DNA of 64,000 nt from Phoronis australis (lineage: Eukaryota > Animalia > Phoronida). A model generated the notes under the pieces. That model saw only the letters and a list, made by a program, of their open reading frames with translations. It had not been told where the DNA came from and searched no databases. Both the position numbers and the translations under genes were made by a program. Positions 1-13,250 of this stretch are shown one piece after another. The number at the start of each line of letters is the position of its first letter. The first letter of the stretch is position 1. The stretch is taken from assembly GCA_002633005.1 (NCBI GenBank), contig NMRA01000238.1, positions 186,001 to 250,000 on the forward strand. The letters run 5' to 3'.

Positions 1-999
1 ACCCACTTGTCCGTCAAAAGTTACCTCCTCTGGCCTCCTGCTGCCCTTCTCCACATTGAGGTAAAAAGCCATTTGCAATAAACAATAGCATTTTTTTGAA
101 GCAATTTCGGTGGAAATCGTGAAAATATAAGTAATATGAAAGACAAAGATGTGATAATCCATGCGCATTGGCATGAGCAAAAGGACAAAAGTTGAATATT
201 GATCAACATTGATCATTTGGACTACTAATTTGTACCCCTAAAGTGGTCTTTTTGAAAATTGCAATGTTCCAACATTTCAATAGTATATAAAGATGAAATG
301 ACTTGAATTATTGGCACCTGCATTTTTATGTGTTACAGGAATATGTAGCTGGGGCCACCCAACCCCAGCCATATTCAATAATCAGTAACAATACGATTTC
401 TGGGTAAATAAATGTTATATCATTTATTCATACAAGTGGTATTGTTCGTGGCAAAATCTCCTTTCTGGTGATAGTTTTGTTCAAAGTTGTCTTGGTAACG
501 AATTTTGTTCTTAAGTGACTGGGTAATATAAAATGCACACCAGCTAAACGTTAAATCTGGTGCTGTTCCATCAATAGCGTACATGTAGGTCATACCTGTC
601 ATACCATATGTAGAAGTACCAATAAACAACCATTTCGTTTGGCACATGTGAATATAAGTTACCATTATTTGCTGAAATGTTTGGATTTGTTGCGGAGAAT
701 ATAGGAGACGGTATGTGTGGGGTTACTTCTCCTTCCAAATGTGTTCTTTCAAGCAGTACTTCGGCTTCTCCAGTTTTTTAATCTTGAATGTTGTAACGCA
801 ATTGTGGTCACTTAGCTCCCAGGCAGTTAAAGATACATTGTTAGTTGGGCTTCATTCTCGTTAAAATCTGCACAAAATGAATTTTAAAGCAAACCGGCTT
901 TATTAAAACGTATCCTCAAATGATGTCCTTTTAGCAAGAAATCACTTTTTTAATAAACAGAACTTTTATATTAAAATATACAAATTTTCGAAATTCTAG

Positions 1000-1360
1000 G
1001 CCACACATTACTATTTAACTATTAAACTGGATCGTAGTTGCTAATAATAAAATTGGTTAAGAACCTGGAAAATGCTTGCAAAAAATGTGTTTTTATTATA
1101 TTTAGAGCAGAGACTGATATTTCGTTGTTGTTTATAAGTCGAGGAATCTCAAATCTAATACATGCTCTTGATGACAATTTGTTGGACGGAAGAATTAAAA
1201 TTTTGGGTTGTATTGTCGGAATAGCAGCTGAGTATTGATTCAGGTATGTAGGAGTTTTAATGTGTCTGGTTGGTTTATATTGGATGGGTTTACTAAAGAA
1301 GTTATTAGTGTAAAAACACTTAGGAAGCTGATTATTGAGGAATTTGTAGTAAAATGGTTA
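1000..1360 (-). mobile_element. 3' fragment of a non-LTR retrotransposon ORF2 (L2/Crack/Kiri-like C-terminus)
   Basis: Hand translation of minus strand: FYYKFLNNQLPKCF...RACIRFEIPRLINNNE...IIKTHFLQAFSRFLTNFIISNY, resembling the post-RT C-terminal segment of these LINEs; boundaries approximate. Confidence 0.55.
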
Positions 1361-2799
1361 TAATATATGGTTCAATAAATTTGGAGTACAGGGCGTGTTG
1401 AATCTTGTCATTTGAGAACGCCCTCAGAAGCGCTTCAACAATATTTTCGTCTTCTTCCCCATCTGTGTAACTTTGCAGGCGTATTTACTTCTCGTTGTTG
1501 AGGTCATAGTTAGATGAGTTAGTCGATATATTGAGGAATATGAAGTATATGCAGAAAATTTGAAGAGCAATTCGAATTAGCTTTTTGCGCTCAAACACAT
1601 CACGTAAAAAATCAAATTACCACACGAAAATACTCACAAATTACTAGACGAATGTACTCACAAAATGTTCTCTCACAGCTCAGGACCCGCTGATTACTGC
1701 AAGCTAATTAAGTTTCCCAGGTTCTAATTAAATATGCGCTGCACGCGACACTTCGGAAGAGACGTTTGTGACCGGAATCCTTCCCCGCCGTCTTTGTTTG
1801 TGCGAAAGTTTGTTTTGAAAAACTTGCATACCATTTACCAAAAATTGCCATTATCATTTGGCTTCGGCGAGTATTTTGGGACAACCTTAGATTGAACAAG
1901 AGCTCCGAGCCTACTACAATGACGCCGCATTATCACGCGTCACGTTGTTATTGTTGAACAATGCACCTGACGTCATGTAACAGTCAAACTTATCCAGCGC
2001 ATAATTTTGAAGTTTATGCAACCCAGATGAATAAAATTTGGTTACTGCTTGTTCCATTATGGAGAGGAAATGGCTGCAGTCGACGACCACAATTTGAGAC
2101 TAGATGACGGAAAACGATAAGCAGCGGAAGTGACGTTGGATTCTTTAACGAACACGCAGTTCCTTTAATTGAACCTAAGTGCACGGATTATTGCTGTACA
2201 AGTAGAACCTCAGGCAGTAACCGATGTCCACAAAATGTCGAGAGCGTACGAACTGGAACGTTTCGGTGCAAAATGCTCAAAAAGCATTGTCATGGCAATC
2301 TCAGTGAAGTGCAGGTGTAGTTGTGAATTAATGAGAAGAGGCGAAAACTCTGATGGAAAATGCAAGGCACTCCGAGCAGATTGCTACAGAGCATTGAAGG
2401 AAAATATGGATGGCATAAAATCCTTCTTCAGAACAAGTTTTGGAGGTAGCTTCATGATCTCTGCGTAGACTGTGTGTCCCTTTCGTAAATCGGAGGTAAT
2501 CATTCAACATCGGATCTGCGTGGTATTGTATTTAAACCACAAAGCGCTTCCGTTAAGAATTCACCATTCACAGTTAAATAGCGGCGAAATGCCCCCTTAA
2601 GTTTATTAGATTTGAGATTTTTCTAAGCCTGTTGGGACCGCTATTGGATAGCAAAGCGCTCTGGTAAATTCACCGACTCTGACAGACATCGATCAGAAAT
2701 GGCGATTTGTAGTGAAGACATAAAACTATTTTATTGTTTTATAACTCTTGTCAAAGCTAATAACTTCCAAACTCTATCTCATTCTAAAATAATCCCTAG

Positions 2800-3150
2800 T
2801 TCGCCTGTTGCAGAAGTGTCTGTAACAAACTTGCAGCCTCCTTATCTGACTACAGATGCACCAAGTTTCAAGTGGTGACTCCTGCTCGTTTACTCTTCAC
2901 TGAATACAGGAACATTGAATAAGGTGGACTTGAAGCTCTGTCATTCAGAAGTTTCCAAACTCCTTAGGAGCCTGGATACAAAAAAATCTCAGAACTCGTT
3001 CTGATGTTAACAACTTGTTAGATAACATTAACAATGACCTCACCAAGTCATTTGATAATTCCTGTCCCAAACGTCTAATCAAATCACTTGGAAATCAAAA
3101 CAGCAGATGTGATGGACCAAAAAACTGATGGCACTTCGGAGCAAGGCACG
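2800..3150 (+). mobile_element. Decayed LINE endonuclease-RT linker fragment
   Basis: Frameshifted pieces SLSDYRCTKF and DVNNLLDNINNDLTKSFDNSCPKRLIK..WTKKLMALRSKAR resemble the APE end (SDH) and the linker of non-LTR elements. Confidence 0.35.
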
Positions 3151-4677
3151 GTCTACCACCACTGTGCATACTACTTAAGGGCGAAACCATATGTGCAACA
3201 CTTCCTTTCGGTTGTAGTGGTCAGTGGATGAAAACTCATATCCCTGATTTTGTTACTCACACAAGTGGTAGGAACGAGTGTAATAAGCTAATTGGACGAC
3301 TATTGAACACGCCTACAGACGTCCAGACCACAGCTTTAAACCTTACAAACAGCTTCTTCACGAAGACTGCATGTTGGCGTGTAATAGCAAGCACTCCGTC
3401 ATTACCGTCCGCGTAAAAATCACACGCTTCCAAAGTATCGTCACCCTGGTCAACGCCTCTAAAAGTCGTCGACTGCCTCAGCAATCGTGTTTCAGATGGT
3501 CAGCTCTGGAATGCCCGCCGCATGCGAAATGTTTACGAAGAGGCGCCAAATACCTGCTGCAACTTTGCGTGTTGCAATGACCATTCCGAAATCCTGCGTC
3601 GGTCGTACAGCTCAGAGGAATGATACCGACTCGATTACCGCACTGACGCTTGATGAGCAGAGAAGGTTGATGTGCCGACCACACACCATTAAAACCATTT
3701 GTCTTGGATTGTTTATGTGACTCTTATCCTCACTCTCCAACCAGTGTAGTGAATGACTCCATAGTGTGAAGGTCTAGTTGGTATTGTTTCAACATCATAT
3801 GTAGTTTCTGTCCTTCTAACAAGCAAGTGATACGTGCAGTGTTAAGGCAATTTTGTCCCGGTGAGGTCACTGCAATATTAATTGAGCTGCTCAACTTGCA
3901 CGTCAAGAACACTGAGCTGTGCAATCAGACAACTATCATGCTATCTGATAGTCAATGATCAACAAATGTCCTACTTAAAGAAACCAAGGACCTAAACTCT
4001 CGTTGTGTTAATGCGTGCATTAATGACCTTAACGAGATTGAAATCCAAAGAACTGTCAATATAGGTCAGGTCTTATATGTAGGAAGCAGGGGCAGATCCA
4101 GAGGATTTTGAGTTATGGAGGGGGGGGGCATGGCAGAGTATTAGCCAGGATTTTGCCTGTCAGACATTCGCATCCCCGAACTGCCTAACTCGAATGTTCC
4201 ATGTGGGATGCGCGCGTCTCATGCACGGCAAAATAGGTCATAGTCCCAGCTCTCCTATCTTACACGTCCGTTTCTACTTCAGGAGGGCAACGGGAACTTT
4301 GAATCAAATCCTTCTCCAAGTGTTCGAAAGTCATTTTCAGTAAAGTTCCCAAGAAAACGCTTGCATGTTTAGTAAGAATCTTGGTGTGAAAGTTGGATAA
4401 CAAGCCTCAAATATTTTGCTAACCACTAGGTGCCAGTGCAGTATGATCAGAAAAGCCAATGAAATGACAGGAAAGTATTGTGTCCGTGGGATATCTAAGA
4501 TGTTTGCTTCCTGAATCCTTTTGTGTTTCTCAAACCAAACAGGAGTTGTGTACCAGCTGTGATGCTGCTGTGAAGCTGAATTATTATATGAGTGCATGAA
4601 TTATTGACACAGCAGTAGAGTGTCAAGATTTCTGCCCGTTGATACATTTAGATCTAGGATTCGATCTGCGCATAATT

Positions 4678-4920
4678 CATGCGCGCACACGAGGGGCTCG
4701 GGGGGCTCGTTCATTTGGCGAAGGAGGCAAAAACGTCCGCCTCAGAGAAACAAAAACTCAGAAAAAGTAGAAAACGAAAAAAAGTTCACTAAAAAGGCAG
4801 GAACTACCAAAATTCGGCGAATGCCCAATTCATAGCTCTGAACATGCCCCGTGAATCTTAGTAAAAAGTCCACATTCTCAAAAATTCGATCCTCCCATTT
4901 TTAGGCTGAGTGCACGCATG
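4678..4920. mobile_element. MITE, CATGCGCGCAC-TIR family, 5-bp TSD (TAATT)
   Basis: Termini catgcgcgcac...gtgcacgcatg; taatt on both sides; related copies at 7573, 10945, 20458, 61352, 63308. Confidence 0.75.
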
Positions 4921-6738
4921 TAATTATGAGCTTCTGGAATTTACAGACATGACCTTACTCCTGAGTCAATGATTTTGCAAACAAATGGATCGAAATTGAG
5001 TGCAAGGAAATCCTCATTGCTGAAAAGTTTTTAAGTTTTTGTGACAAAACAGAACTAATCTATCACAAACAGTCAGTTTTACAAAAATTTACTGGGGTCA
5101 CGATAAGTGAAAGTCCTGCTAGTGTTGGGTTCAACAATTGTGTTTCCTGAACAACTCGTGGAGGACACTGGGCACTTTGTATGGAAGCTCGGGTGACTCT
5201 TCACCTACCAGGAATCATGGCACCACATGTCCAGGTTGAAATCTGTGATGAATCACCTGAACTTCCTAATCATGATTGTCAAATGCCGAAAGTCAACTGT
5301 CAATGCGCGATTCGTAGACGAGCCTCGCAACAGTAACAGTGTCCCAAACAATTGAATCAATGACTGACGAAATAATGTAATGAATTTACAAATAAAACTG
5401 ACACCACTAAATGTATTAATCATAATTAAACCAGTAGTCTTACCACTCATTGTTATCTTTGAATTCTTCTTGAGAAACAAAAAATCCAATGATATACACG
5501 AATATGTAGTGTTACTATGCCTGACCAGCTGACAGCTCAACAACAACTCAAGAATGTTAATGCAGCCTGTAAAAGTGTTCACTTCTTAATGAAGTTATGT
5601 AACTTTTACAGGAGTGCTTGTACCCTAGCTTTGGACAGACGATTCTTGCCAGATGACTATGAAGACTTTTTACAACAATATTCCAGAAAGCTAAATGTTA
5701 CATGTATGTTTGGGACAAATGTAAGGTCTCGATCAGCCAGCACAGAGGAGGGTGCATGACTGTGAACAGGAAGTAGTTTAACAGTGTTAGCCTCGCTTTG
5801 GATTTCCGCTTAATATTCATGAGGTAATATTAAGAAAGATTTTTTAGTCGCCAGGATTACGACTGACGGCTTAACTGACCAATCACAACGCAGCATTCTT
5901 GACACACTTTCGTCTACGTTTCCAAGCCGCCATTTTACCCGACAAGCTATACGTTGTCGTATAAAACTTATTTTGGTCTATAGCTCAATAAATTACGTGA
6001 TAAGAATGGTGATACGGTGTTGATATGGCGTGTGTAATTCCGACAGCCTTTATTCAGCTCGAGAAGAATATCCCTTCAGTTTTTGGGCATCTCCTTGGAA
6101 CTAAGCCGAAAAGAGATATCAAAGGTTTAAACTATGTAGCGACTGTGCGAACGGCCACGTACGCGAACAGCTGAACTTGGCAATGTTGTTTGATTACTCG
6201 AAGGTTAAACACAACATATTTGTTCCAAGATCGGGACTTTTCAGTTTGGCGGGTACAGTGTATGCCTCGCTGATTTTGACTCCGGAATTTTACTCGTCTG
6301 GCCGCCTTTGTCTCGGCACCTGCTGGATCTCAGCACTACTAATGCTAGTCTAGCGAAAATCCTTGGAAATTGTTTTATTTTTACTATTTTTCAGTTATTT
6401 CGACATCGTTTTGATTCGTAGGAGAGGTGCATTTTTTGTCATTCATATACCCGTAAGCTGGCCTTCAACTGAACTTTTCTCCAAAATTGAGAGATTCGAT
6501 CGGCACAAGGAGTGGCACTGGATTACTGAACTCAAACCTTGTTCGAGCTGTTGTCACGAAAAAAATAACGGTAGAATTACTTTTTGATGAAAACTTTTAG
6601 TATACACTTCGCCTGTAGAGTTAAAAAGAGCTCATTTTAAAGTTGGTAAAACATGATATTTAGATTTATGAAGCTTTAAAAAAGGAATTTGAGTTATTTT
6701 TTGTAAATAGCCATTTTTGCAGCTGCACCAGACTTGTC

Positions 6739-7799
6739 ATTTTTTGTGACCATACACCAGTTTAATGATCGTGCTACGTTTAAAAATGAGCGTAAACAGT
6801 GCTATCGACTCGGCCTACTTTACTCGGGGAGTCCCACGAGCAGTTGTGACTGGCTTTTCATTTGGCGTATTTTAGCAGACGACAGACTAAAAATATTGCT
6901 TTACATGAACATATCGCATCAGAGGCCTTGTCATTTGATTTGTCAGGTGAAGGTGAACCCCGTGTGAGGTTGTTCGGATTTTCGATGGCTCCGAAATACT
7001 TTTCCTCGAACACTTATTTTTTCATCGTCACCTCTGAAAATTCATGCGCGCACCCAGCCTAAATTTTAGGAGGGCTCGAATTTTTCGGCATGTGGACCTT
7101 TTACTGAAAAAAGAAAACAAGGACTAAAAAAACGGGGTACTATGCTCAAACCTATGAATTCTGTATTCGCGCCGGATTCCTGTGAACTTTCGTCTCGTTT
7201 TCTGAGACTTTTACTTTGTCTGAGGCGGACCCTTTTGCCCAATTCGCTAGATGGGGAGATCGTTCGAANATTTTTTGTGACCATACACCAGTTTAATGAT
7301 CGTGCTACGTTTAAAAATGAGCGTAAACAGTGCTATCGACTCGGCCTACTTTACTCGGGGAGTCCCACGAGCAGTTGTGACTGGCTTTTCATTTGGCGTA
7401 TTTTAGCAGACGACAGACTAAAAATATTGCTTTACATGAACATATCGCATCAGAGGCATTGTCATTTGATTTGTCAGGTGAAGGTGAACCCCGTGTGAGG
7501 TTGTTCGGATTTTCGCTGGCTCCGAAATACTTTTCCTCGAACACTTATTTTTTCACGTCACCTCTGAAAATTCATGCGCGCACCCAGCCTAAATTTTAGG
7601 AGGGCTCGAATTTTTCGGCATGTGGACCTTTTAATGAAAAAAGGAAAACAAGGAGTAAAAAAACGGGGTACTATGCTCAAACCTATGAATTCTGTATTCG
7701 CGCCGGATTCCTGTGAACTTTCGTCTCGTTTTCTGGGACTTTTACTTTGTCTGAGGCGGACCCTTTTGCCCAATTCGCTAGATGGGGAGATCGTTCGAA
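6739..7799 (+). repeat. ~530-bp near-identical tandem duplication joined at a single N (7269); probable assembly/haplotype artefact
   Basis: ~6739-7268 matches ~7270-7799 with few differences; N at the junction. Confidence 0.8.
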
Positions 7800-7834
7800 C
7801 GCCAAGAGCCCCCCCCCTCCTGGGTGCGCGCATG
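7573..7834. mobile_element. MITE, CATGCGCGCAC-TIR family, 5-bp TSD (AAATT)
   Basis: catgcgcgcaccca...tgggtgcgcgcatg flanked by aaatt on both sides. Confidence 0.8.
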
Positions 7835-10800
7835 AAATTCCCACATCATAAACATAGGATTCCGTGCTGAAAAGCATCGCCTGTTGTCTTTGTCGAAGCG
7901 TTTTCGGATAGTGCAAAAAACACTCATAGATTCCACCAGGAACGTCGTTTAGCGTGTATTTGCCTCTAACATCTTGTTTGTTTGTTTGCCGGGTGTCACG
8001 TGACTTTTCGCAAGGGTGGGGAGCTTGCGATAGGTCAATTTGTTTGCTGACGACGATGATGATGTTGATGAAGCCACTTAATAAGTGTGTTGTGCTTTTT
8101 AAAGATTTCATTAATTGTAACTTTATGGAAAATGTTAACAGCATTCTGTCGTGCTCATTCTGTATTCAGTGTGACTGTTAGAACTGCATCCAGTGTCTTC
8201 TCCCCGCGCATTTGACAATGGGCGACAGTGTTGATATTGAGAATTATGACAATATTATAACGAAAATGATAATGGTGAATTCAATGAAAAAGTATTGGAA
8301 ATGTTAAGTTATCCATATTAATATTATTCCGATATCAAGCCTTTATCAAGTTCCAAATGGTTAAAAATATTGTTTTTGATATGTGCTCAGAACACAATAC
8401 CGTGAATAATACGCTTACAAGGAAGTCACGCATTTCTAAAGATATGTGGGAATTTTCACCGCTCGTCCTTCTGAGCGGCTTGTACCTGGATCAAAGAGGG
8501 CGCGGCACCGGAATCAGATACAATTGTGATGACAGCATTGCCCGATGCTAGCACGGCCCAATTAAATGTAATTATCCGACCATAAACTGTATTAAACATC
8601 TCTAACTGTACATAATAGCATATAGTCAGTGCCACCGAAATTGTCCAGAGATTCCAAATCTTCAGCTTGGTTATCACCATATTTGCACTTCTGTATATAT
8701 TTTATGATTTGAGTTCTATTAAAATTAAACTTTAATGACACGTGAAATGTTTAGTATACCTGTAATGTGGTAAGTTTAGGGATGGGCTCACCAGCGAAAC
8801 TTAAAAGTTTCGCTGGTGATCAAAATCTATCACTGTTTTGGTACTTCAAGTTCAAACTTAGATAAAAAGTTATCAACCCGTTTCCGGTAAGAAAAAAAAC
8901 AAGTGGGCAGAAGCATTAAAAATTGAATAAAGAAAACCAATATGAAACTCATCGTTCCTTTGGGAAGTGGGCCTTTGTGAAGATAAACACAAGTTAACCT
9001 TTTTAGTCATTTCGTATTATTTATAATGTACCAAGTTAATTACTTTCCAGATTTGCAGGCTGTAACTCTGCAAATGTCAGAGAAAAATAAAATGGGGATA
9101 CTAACAACAACCATTGTTGAGACAGTAATGCTAGCCATTACCTTTCCGCTTCATTAGCTCAGATCTACATCAATACAAAGGGCGTGCTGAATAGGCATCG
9201 TAAAAGTTGTATGGGGCTTAGGGAATCAGAGCGGTCACCAGTGTAAGCGAGAAATTCTCCACATGTACAATAGTGTGTTTGCCGGTCAACAGGAGGCGCT
9301 GCTAAAATAATTATTTTTCTTTTTCAACACTTTTTCAACTTATTTTATAATATTTATTACTTTTCTTATCTAGTAACCAAATCAAATTATCACTAAGCTT
9401 TTGCCAGTGTTGTTGGTTTTTAAATAATTGTTTTCTGTGCCAAATTTTGCAAAGTGTCAAATTTTTAGGTCATATTTCTCGAAAACATGCAAGCCAAACC
9501 TTGCGAACTTTTTTGATTCTTAAGGTATATCACTTAGTTACACTAAAACCCCGGACGTGATTTTCTACGCTTCCTAGAGTTGAATGGACTATGAACTAAA
9601 AAACACCAGACTGGCCTGAAGCGAATTTAAGGGTGGCCAAGGAGGCCATGGCCCCCCTAAAATTCAATTTGGCAGTACGGGTGTGCGACTGTCTGAAGGG
9701 CAAAATCCTGACCAATATTCTGCCATGGCCTCCCTAACTCAAAATCCTGAATCCGCCCCTGCTGACTGCACTCTTTTTAACCACAATCCCAACATTGCGT
9801 TTTTCGGTCGCGTAAACGATAACGTGCCTTAAAGATGACCACATCGGCATTCATCAAATCTAGCAGAGTTCTGCTAATGTATGATTTACATAGCCACATA
9901 AAAAAACTCGTTACCTAGACAACATTTAAGGAAAAATCACTAAAAGCACATTTTGCCATAAATGACAAATGTCAATACTTCCTTAACGTTACAAAAATCA
10001 AATAAATCAGCAATTTCTATTACGTCGATGCAATGCTCTCTTGAAAACTATTGAAATACTTTACCAATTTAACTCCAATAAGCTGGCAATTTTATAAGGG
10101 TACTAAACCCGGTTTTTGACTGTTGACTGATATCAAAGTCAAATTTACATTTAAACATTTGAAACTTAAATTATTGCTTTGTAAACCTTCACCAATCGTT
10201 AAAGGTGTTTTTCAAGTTTTACAACTCCTTATAAGTACGCTAAGCCGACCAGTGCTATTTACGCTGCAGACAAATTAATTGACGACTGTCGTTAGAGGGC
10301 GCGCGTCTCGAATCACAGAATCTCTGCGACATAGTGAGAACATTCAGAATCCTTTAAATCTTGCATGTCTCAATGGATTTTGGCTAAGACAACCTCCTTG
10401 TGTTTCATGTGAGGCCAAAAAGACTAGATGGTTCTGAACTGTTTTTTTCCGAAGATCGAATTTGTGGTGCAATATTTTTAGCTGGTCTACCATAGACGAG
10501 CAAAAATGATGCAGAATTTGTTTTTTACTCATGGCTTGGAAATCATGTCGTTTTAAGCATTGCTTTCGTGCCTTTGTGCAACCTTTTAAAAATAAAGAAA
10601 CACAAAACATTGGTCGACATTGATGTAGGCGGGCGTTTTGTTTTAGTTCGTGAGCGCAGGTCTTAATTGAGTAGGGTCACATACCAGAGCCAACTATGAT
10701 TATATTTGGCTTGACCTATGTTGTCACGTGGCTCACCCAAACTGTAACAAAAATTTTATTGTTGATTTTAAAAGACTTTTTACTTCAAAGTCGAGATGGA

Positions 10801-10944
10801 AATTGATGGCGAACCAGCTGATCAGTTTGACCAAGATGAATTTGTCTACTAGGTTTGAAACTTTTTGAGGCCCTGTGGTGTTTATTGATTGTTGTATGGG
10901 GTGCGTGTCTGGTAAAAGTCAACATAAACTAATCCTGAAATGAG

Positions 10945-11173
10945 CATGCGCGCACCCGGGGGGGGAGCTCGGGGGGCTCGAACGAGCCTCCCCCCATTTG
11001 GCGAAGTGAACAAAAAGGTCCTCCCCAGAGAAACAAATAGTTCGAGAAAACGAGACAAACTCACAATTCACAGCCCTGGACTTAGTTTTTTTTTAGTCCT
11101 TCGGCTTTTTGTCGGTAAAAGGTCAACATCGTCCGAAATTCGAGCCCCCCATATTAAAGGCTGGGTGCGCGCA
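10945..11173. mobile_element. MITE, CATGCGCGCAC-TIR family (right end clipped)
   Basis: catgcgcgcaccc...gggtgcgcgca; body similar to the other copies; no TSD seen. Confidence 0.7.
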
Positions 11174-11440
11174 CCACCCTTCGCATACGCATTCATTTAA
11201 AACAGGCTGGAAACCTTGATTCGTTGTTATTTAATATAAACCTCAAAACAGTCTAGGTGTCTGAAACTAAAGATAGTTTTGGATTTTACCGCTGAGTGCC
11301 GGTGTGGTTTTAGAAAAACGCTCATTCTTACTGATTGTCAGCAGTGGACTGACACTGATCTTAGTTTTATTTTGTTCTATTGTTCTGTTTGTGTTCTAGC
11401 AGATAGTTATTGCATGACCCTGAAGTCAGGAAAAAGACGG

Positions 11441-11901
11441 TGTAATTCGTTTTCCAAAAATAGTGTGGACCATTCTAGAAGATTCTAGCATGATTAATTC
11501 AACCTGGAACACTCTAGAGCGTAGTATACGTTTGTAGAATGTTTGGGCAGATTCAGGAAAGTTATAGAATGTGCTTGAATCGGTGAAAAGTTCTAGAACA
11601 TTGCATGAGGTGATAGAAACCCAAGCACGGGTTTGTGACAGTCAATCAGTCGAAAAGTCAGTTAAAGTTAGTTACAAGAGAGTTATCGTTGAGTTGCTGC
11701 ATTTCTCAGAAGTTCAACACAAGTCAAGGCTGGCTAGAACACAAAATAGACATTACGTCGGACGTTTTGTTTGAGTATGCTTGTGAACGTACGTTCGAGA
11801 CTAATAAAGTGAACCAGTCTTCAGTCTATCATCGCACCGAAAGCTATTAGCACCTGTCGCTAACCACCTGGGCCCACCCACACACGGGGAAAGGCGTGAC
11901 A
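11441..11901 (+). mobile_element. Possible solo LTR
   Basis: TG...CA ends, repeated tctaga/ttctagaa motifs, AATAAA near the 3' end, Gypsy RT remnant 1 kb downstream; no TSD found. Confidence 0.3.
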
Positions 11902-12859
11902 CTGCTACTTTAGTTTATTGGGACCAAACGTGTTTAAAGATACACGTTGGAATGCCTAAGACAGTATTTTCCGTCAGTAGTTACCCAATGTGGATGCTCT
12001 TTAAATTCCATCAGGTTTTCATTTTCATCAAATTCATTGGCGTATTACACAAAAATGTGCAACTTTAAACGCGGGAACATTTTAAAGTAACAAACATTAA
12101 AAAGTATACATATGAAAGGGATGGAAACGTCAAAATACAACCATACCAGCTCAAAGGGTGAAAGAACCATTTTAGATGTCACCTGCAATGCTAGCTTATG
12201 CGTGTGAGTCTCTCTCTACTGTGAAGTGCAGGTACTCGCAAATTTAGCTCGAGCCACTGGCGTTGTTGTAAACTTGTTATTTGTTGTATTTTCTTGATAA
12301 ATATTCCATTATTTTGACAGATAACAAAACTGTTGTTGGCGTTATTTAATAACTTGTGGGCGTTTGGAACTACAACCTTTTGACTAACTGCGCTTCGTAG
12401 ACGCAGTACTGATGGAAGTTAGTGTGATCACGTGCATCACTTGTAATGCAAAAGGGAAGTTCTCCTGGCTGCCCCTCCAATATAGGACCATATCAGAAAG
12501 GGGGGATCCTTCATATGAAATACCATATCAATAAGAGAGTGGCAAAGAATGTCAGTTACTCCCTTCACTTGGTGACATTCCTACATTTGGGCTCCCTAAC
12601 GTAAGTATTGTACGATCTCACAAATACAGGACAAGAAATGTAATGGATTTTTTCAGAAACGGCTGTTACGAAAAAAGATATCAATAAAAACAGGGAAAAC
12701 CTGGGAGCCTTCCCCTACAAAACACTTGGCCAGGGCCATTAAAGGTTAACTACAGCCCGCCGGTCGTTTGCCACCCTCCCCGTGTCAGTGTAGCAACTGT
12801 CGAGGTGCAGCACGAGCTACACCTCTGCGTCCACACTATGTTTCCTGTCCCAATTTATT

Positions 12860-13250
12860 TTCAAAACGGTGAAGGCGTGCTTTTAAAAGTAGAAACAAAC
12901 CTAATAGAAGTGAGATCTGACGCAGTGCCAAAAAGCATTTGTATGCCTCGTTCCGTACCCTTCTCTCTTCGCGATAAGGTTAAAAGGGAACATGGTTGCA
13001 GAAGACGTAATTTCCGGTAACCGGAATCAACTGATTGGGTATCTCTGACCGTAGTCGTATCCAAAGGCGAGCACGAGGAAAAAATTGCATATGTGTCGAT
13101 CCAACAGTCCTCAGCAAGGCTACAAAACTTGAAATTTACCCTTATGTCTTCAGTACACGAGAGTTTGGCTGAACCATGATGCTCAAGGCTGGGAAAAGTG
13201 TTTACGAAACTTGAAACTAATTCGGGTTTTGGCAAATCCCCTTAAATTAG
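12860..13250 (+). mobile_element. Ty3/Gypsy reverse-transcriptase remnant (frameshifted)
   Basis: IEVRSDAVPKSICMPRSVPFSLRDKVKRE / STDWVSLTVVVSK / KVFTKLETNSGF(W)QIPL match Gypsy RT N-terminal motifs. Confidence 0.75.

Noticed and set aside
20-870. Minus-strand exon following an acceptor-like site near 868
   Set aside because: All three frames stop quickly and no family is recognisable
6739-7799. Biological tandem duplication
   Set aside because: Near-identical copies joined at an N; most likely a contig-overlap artefact
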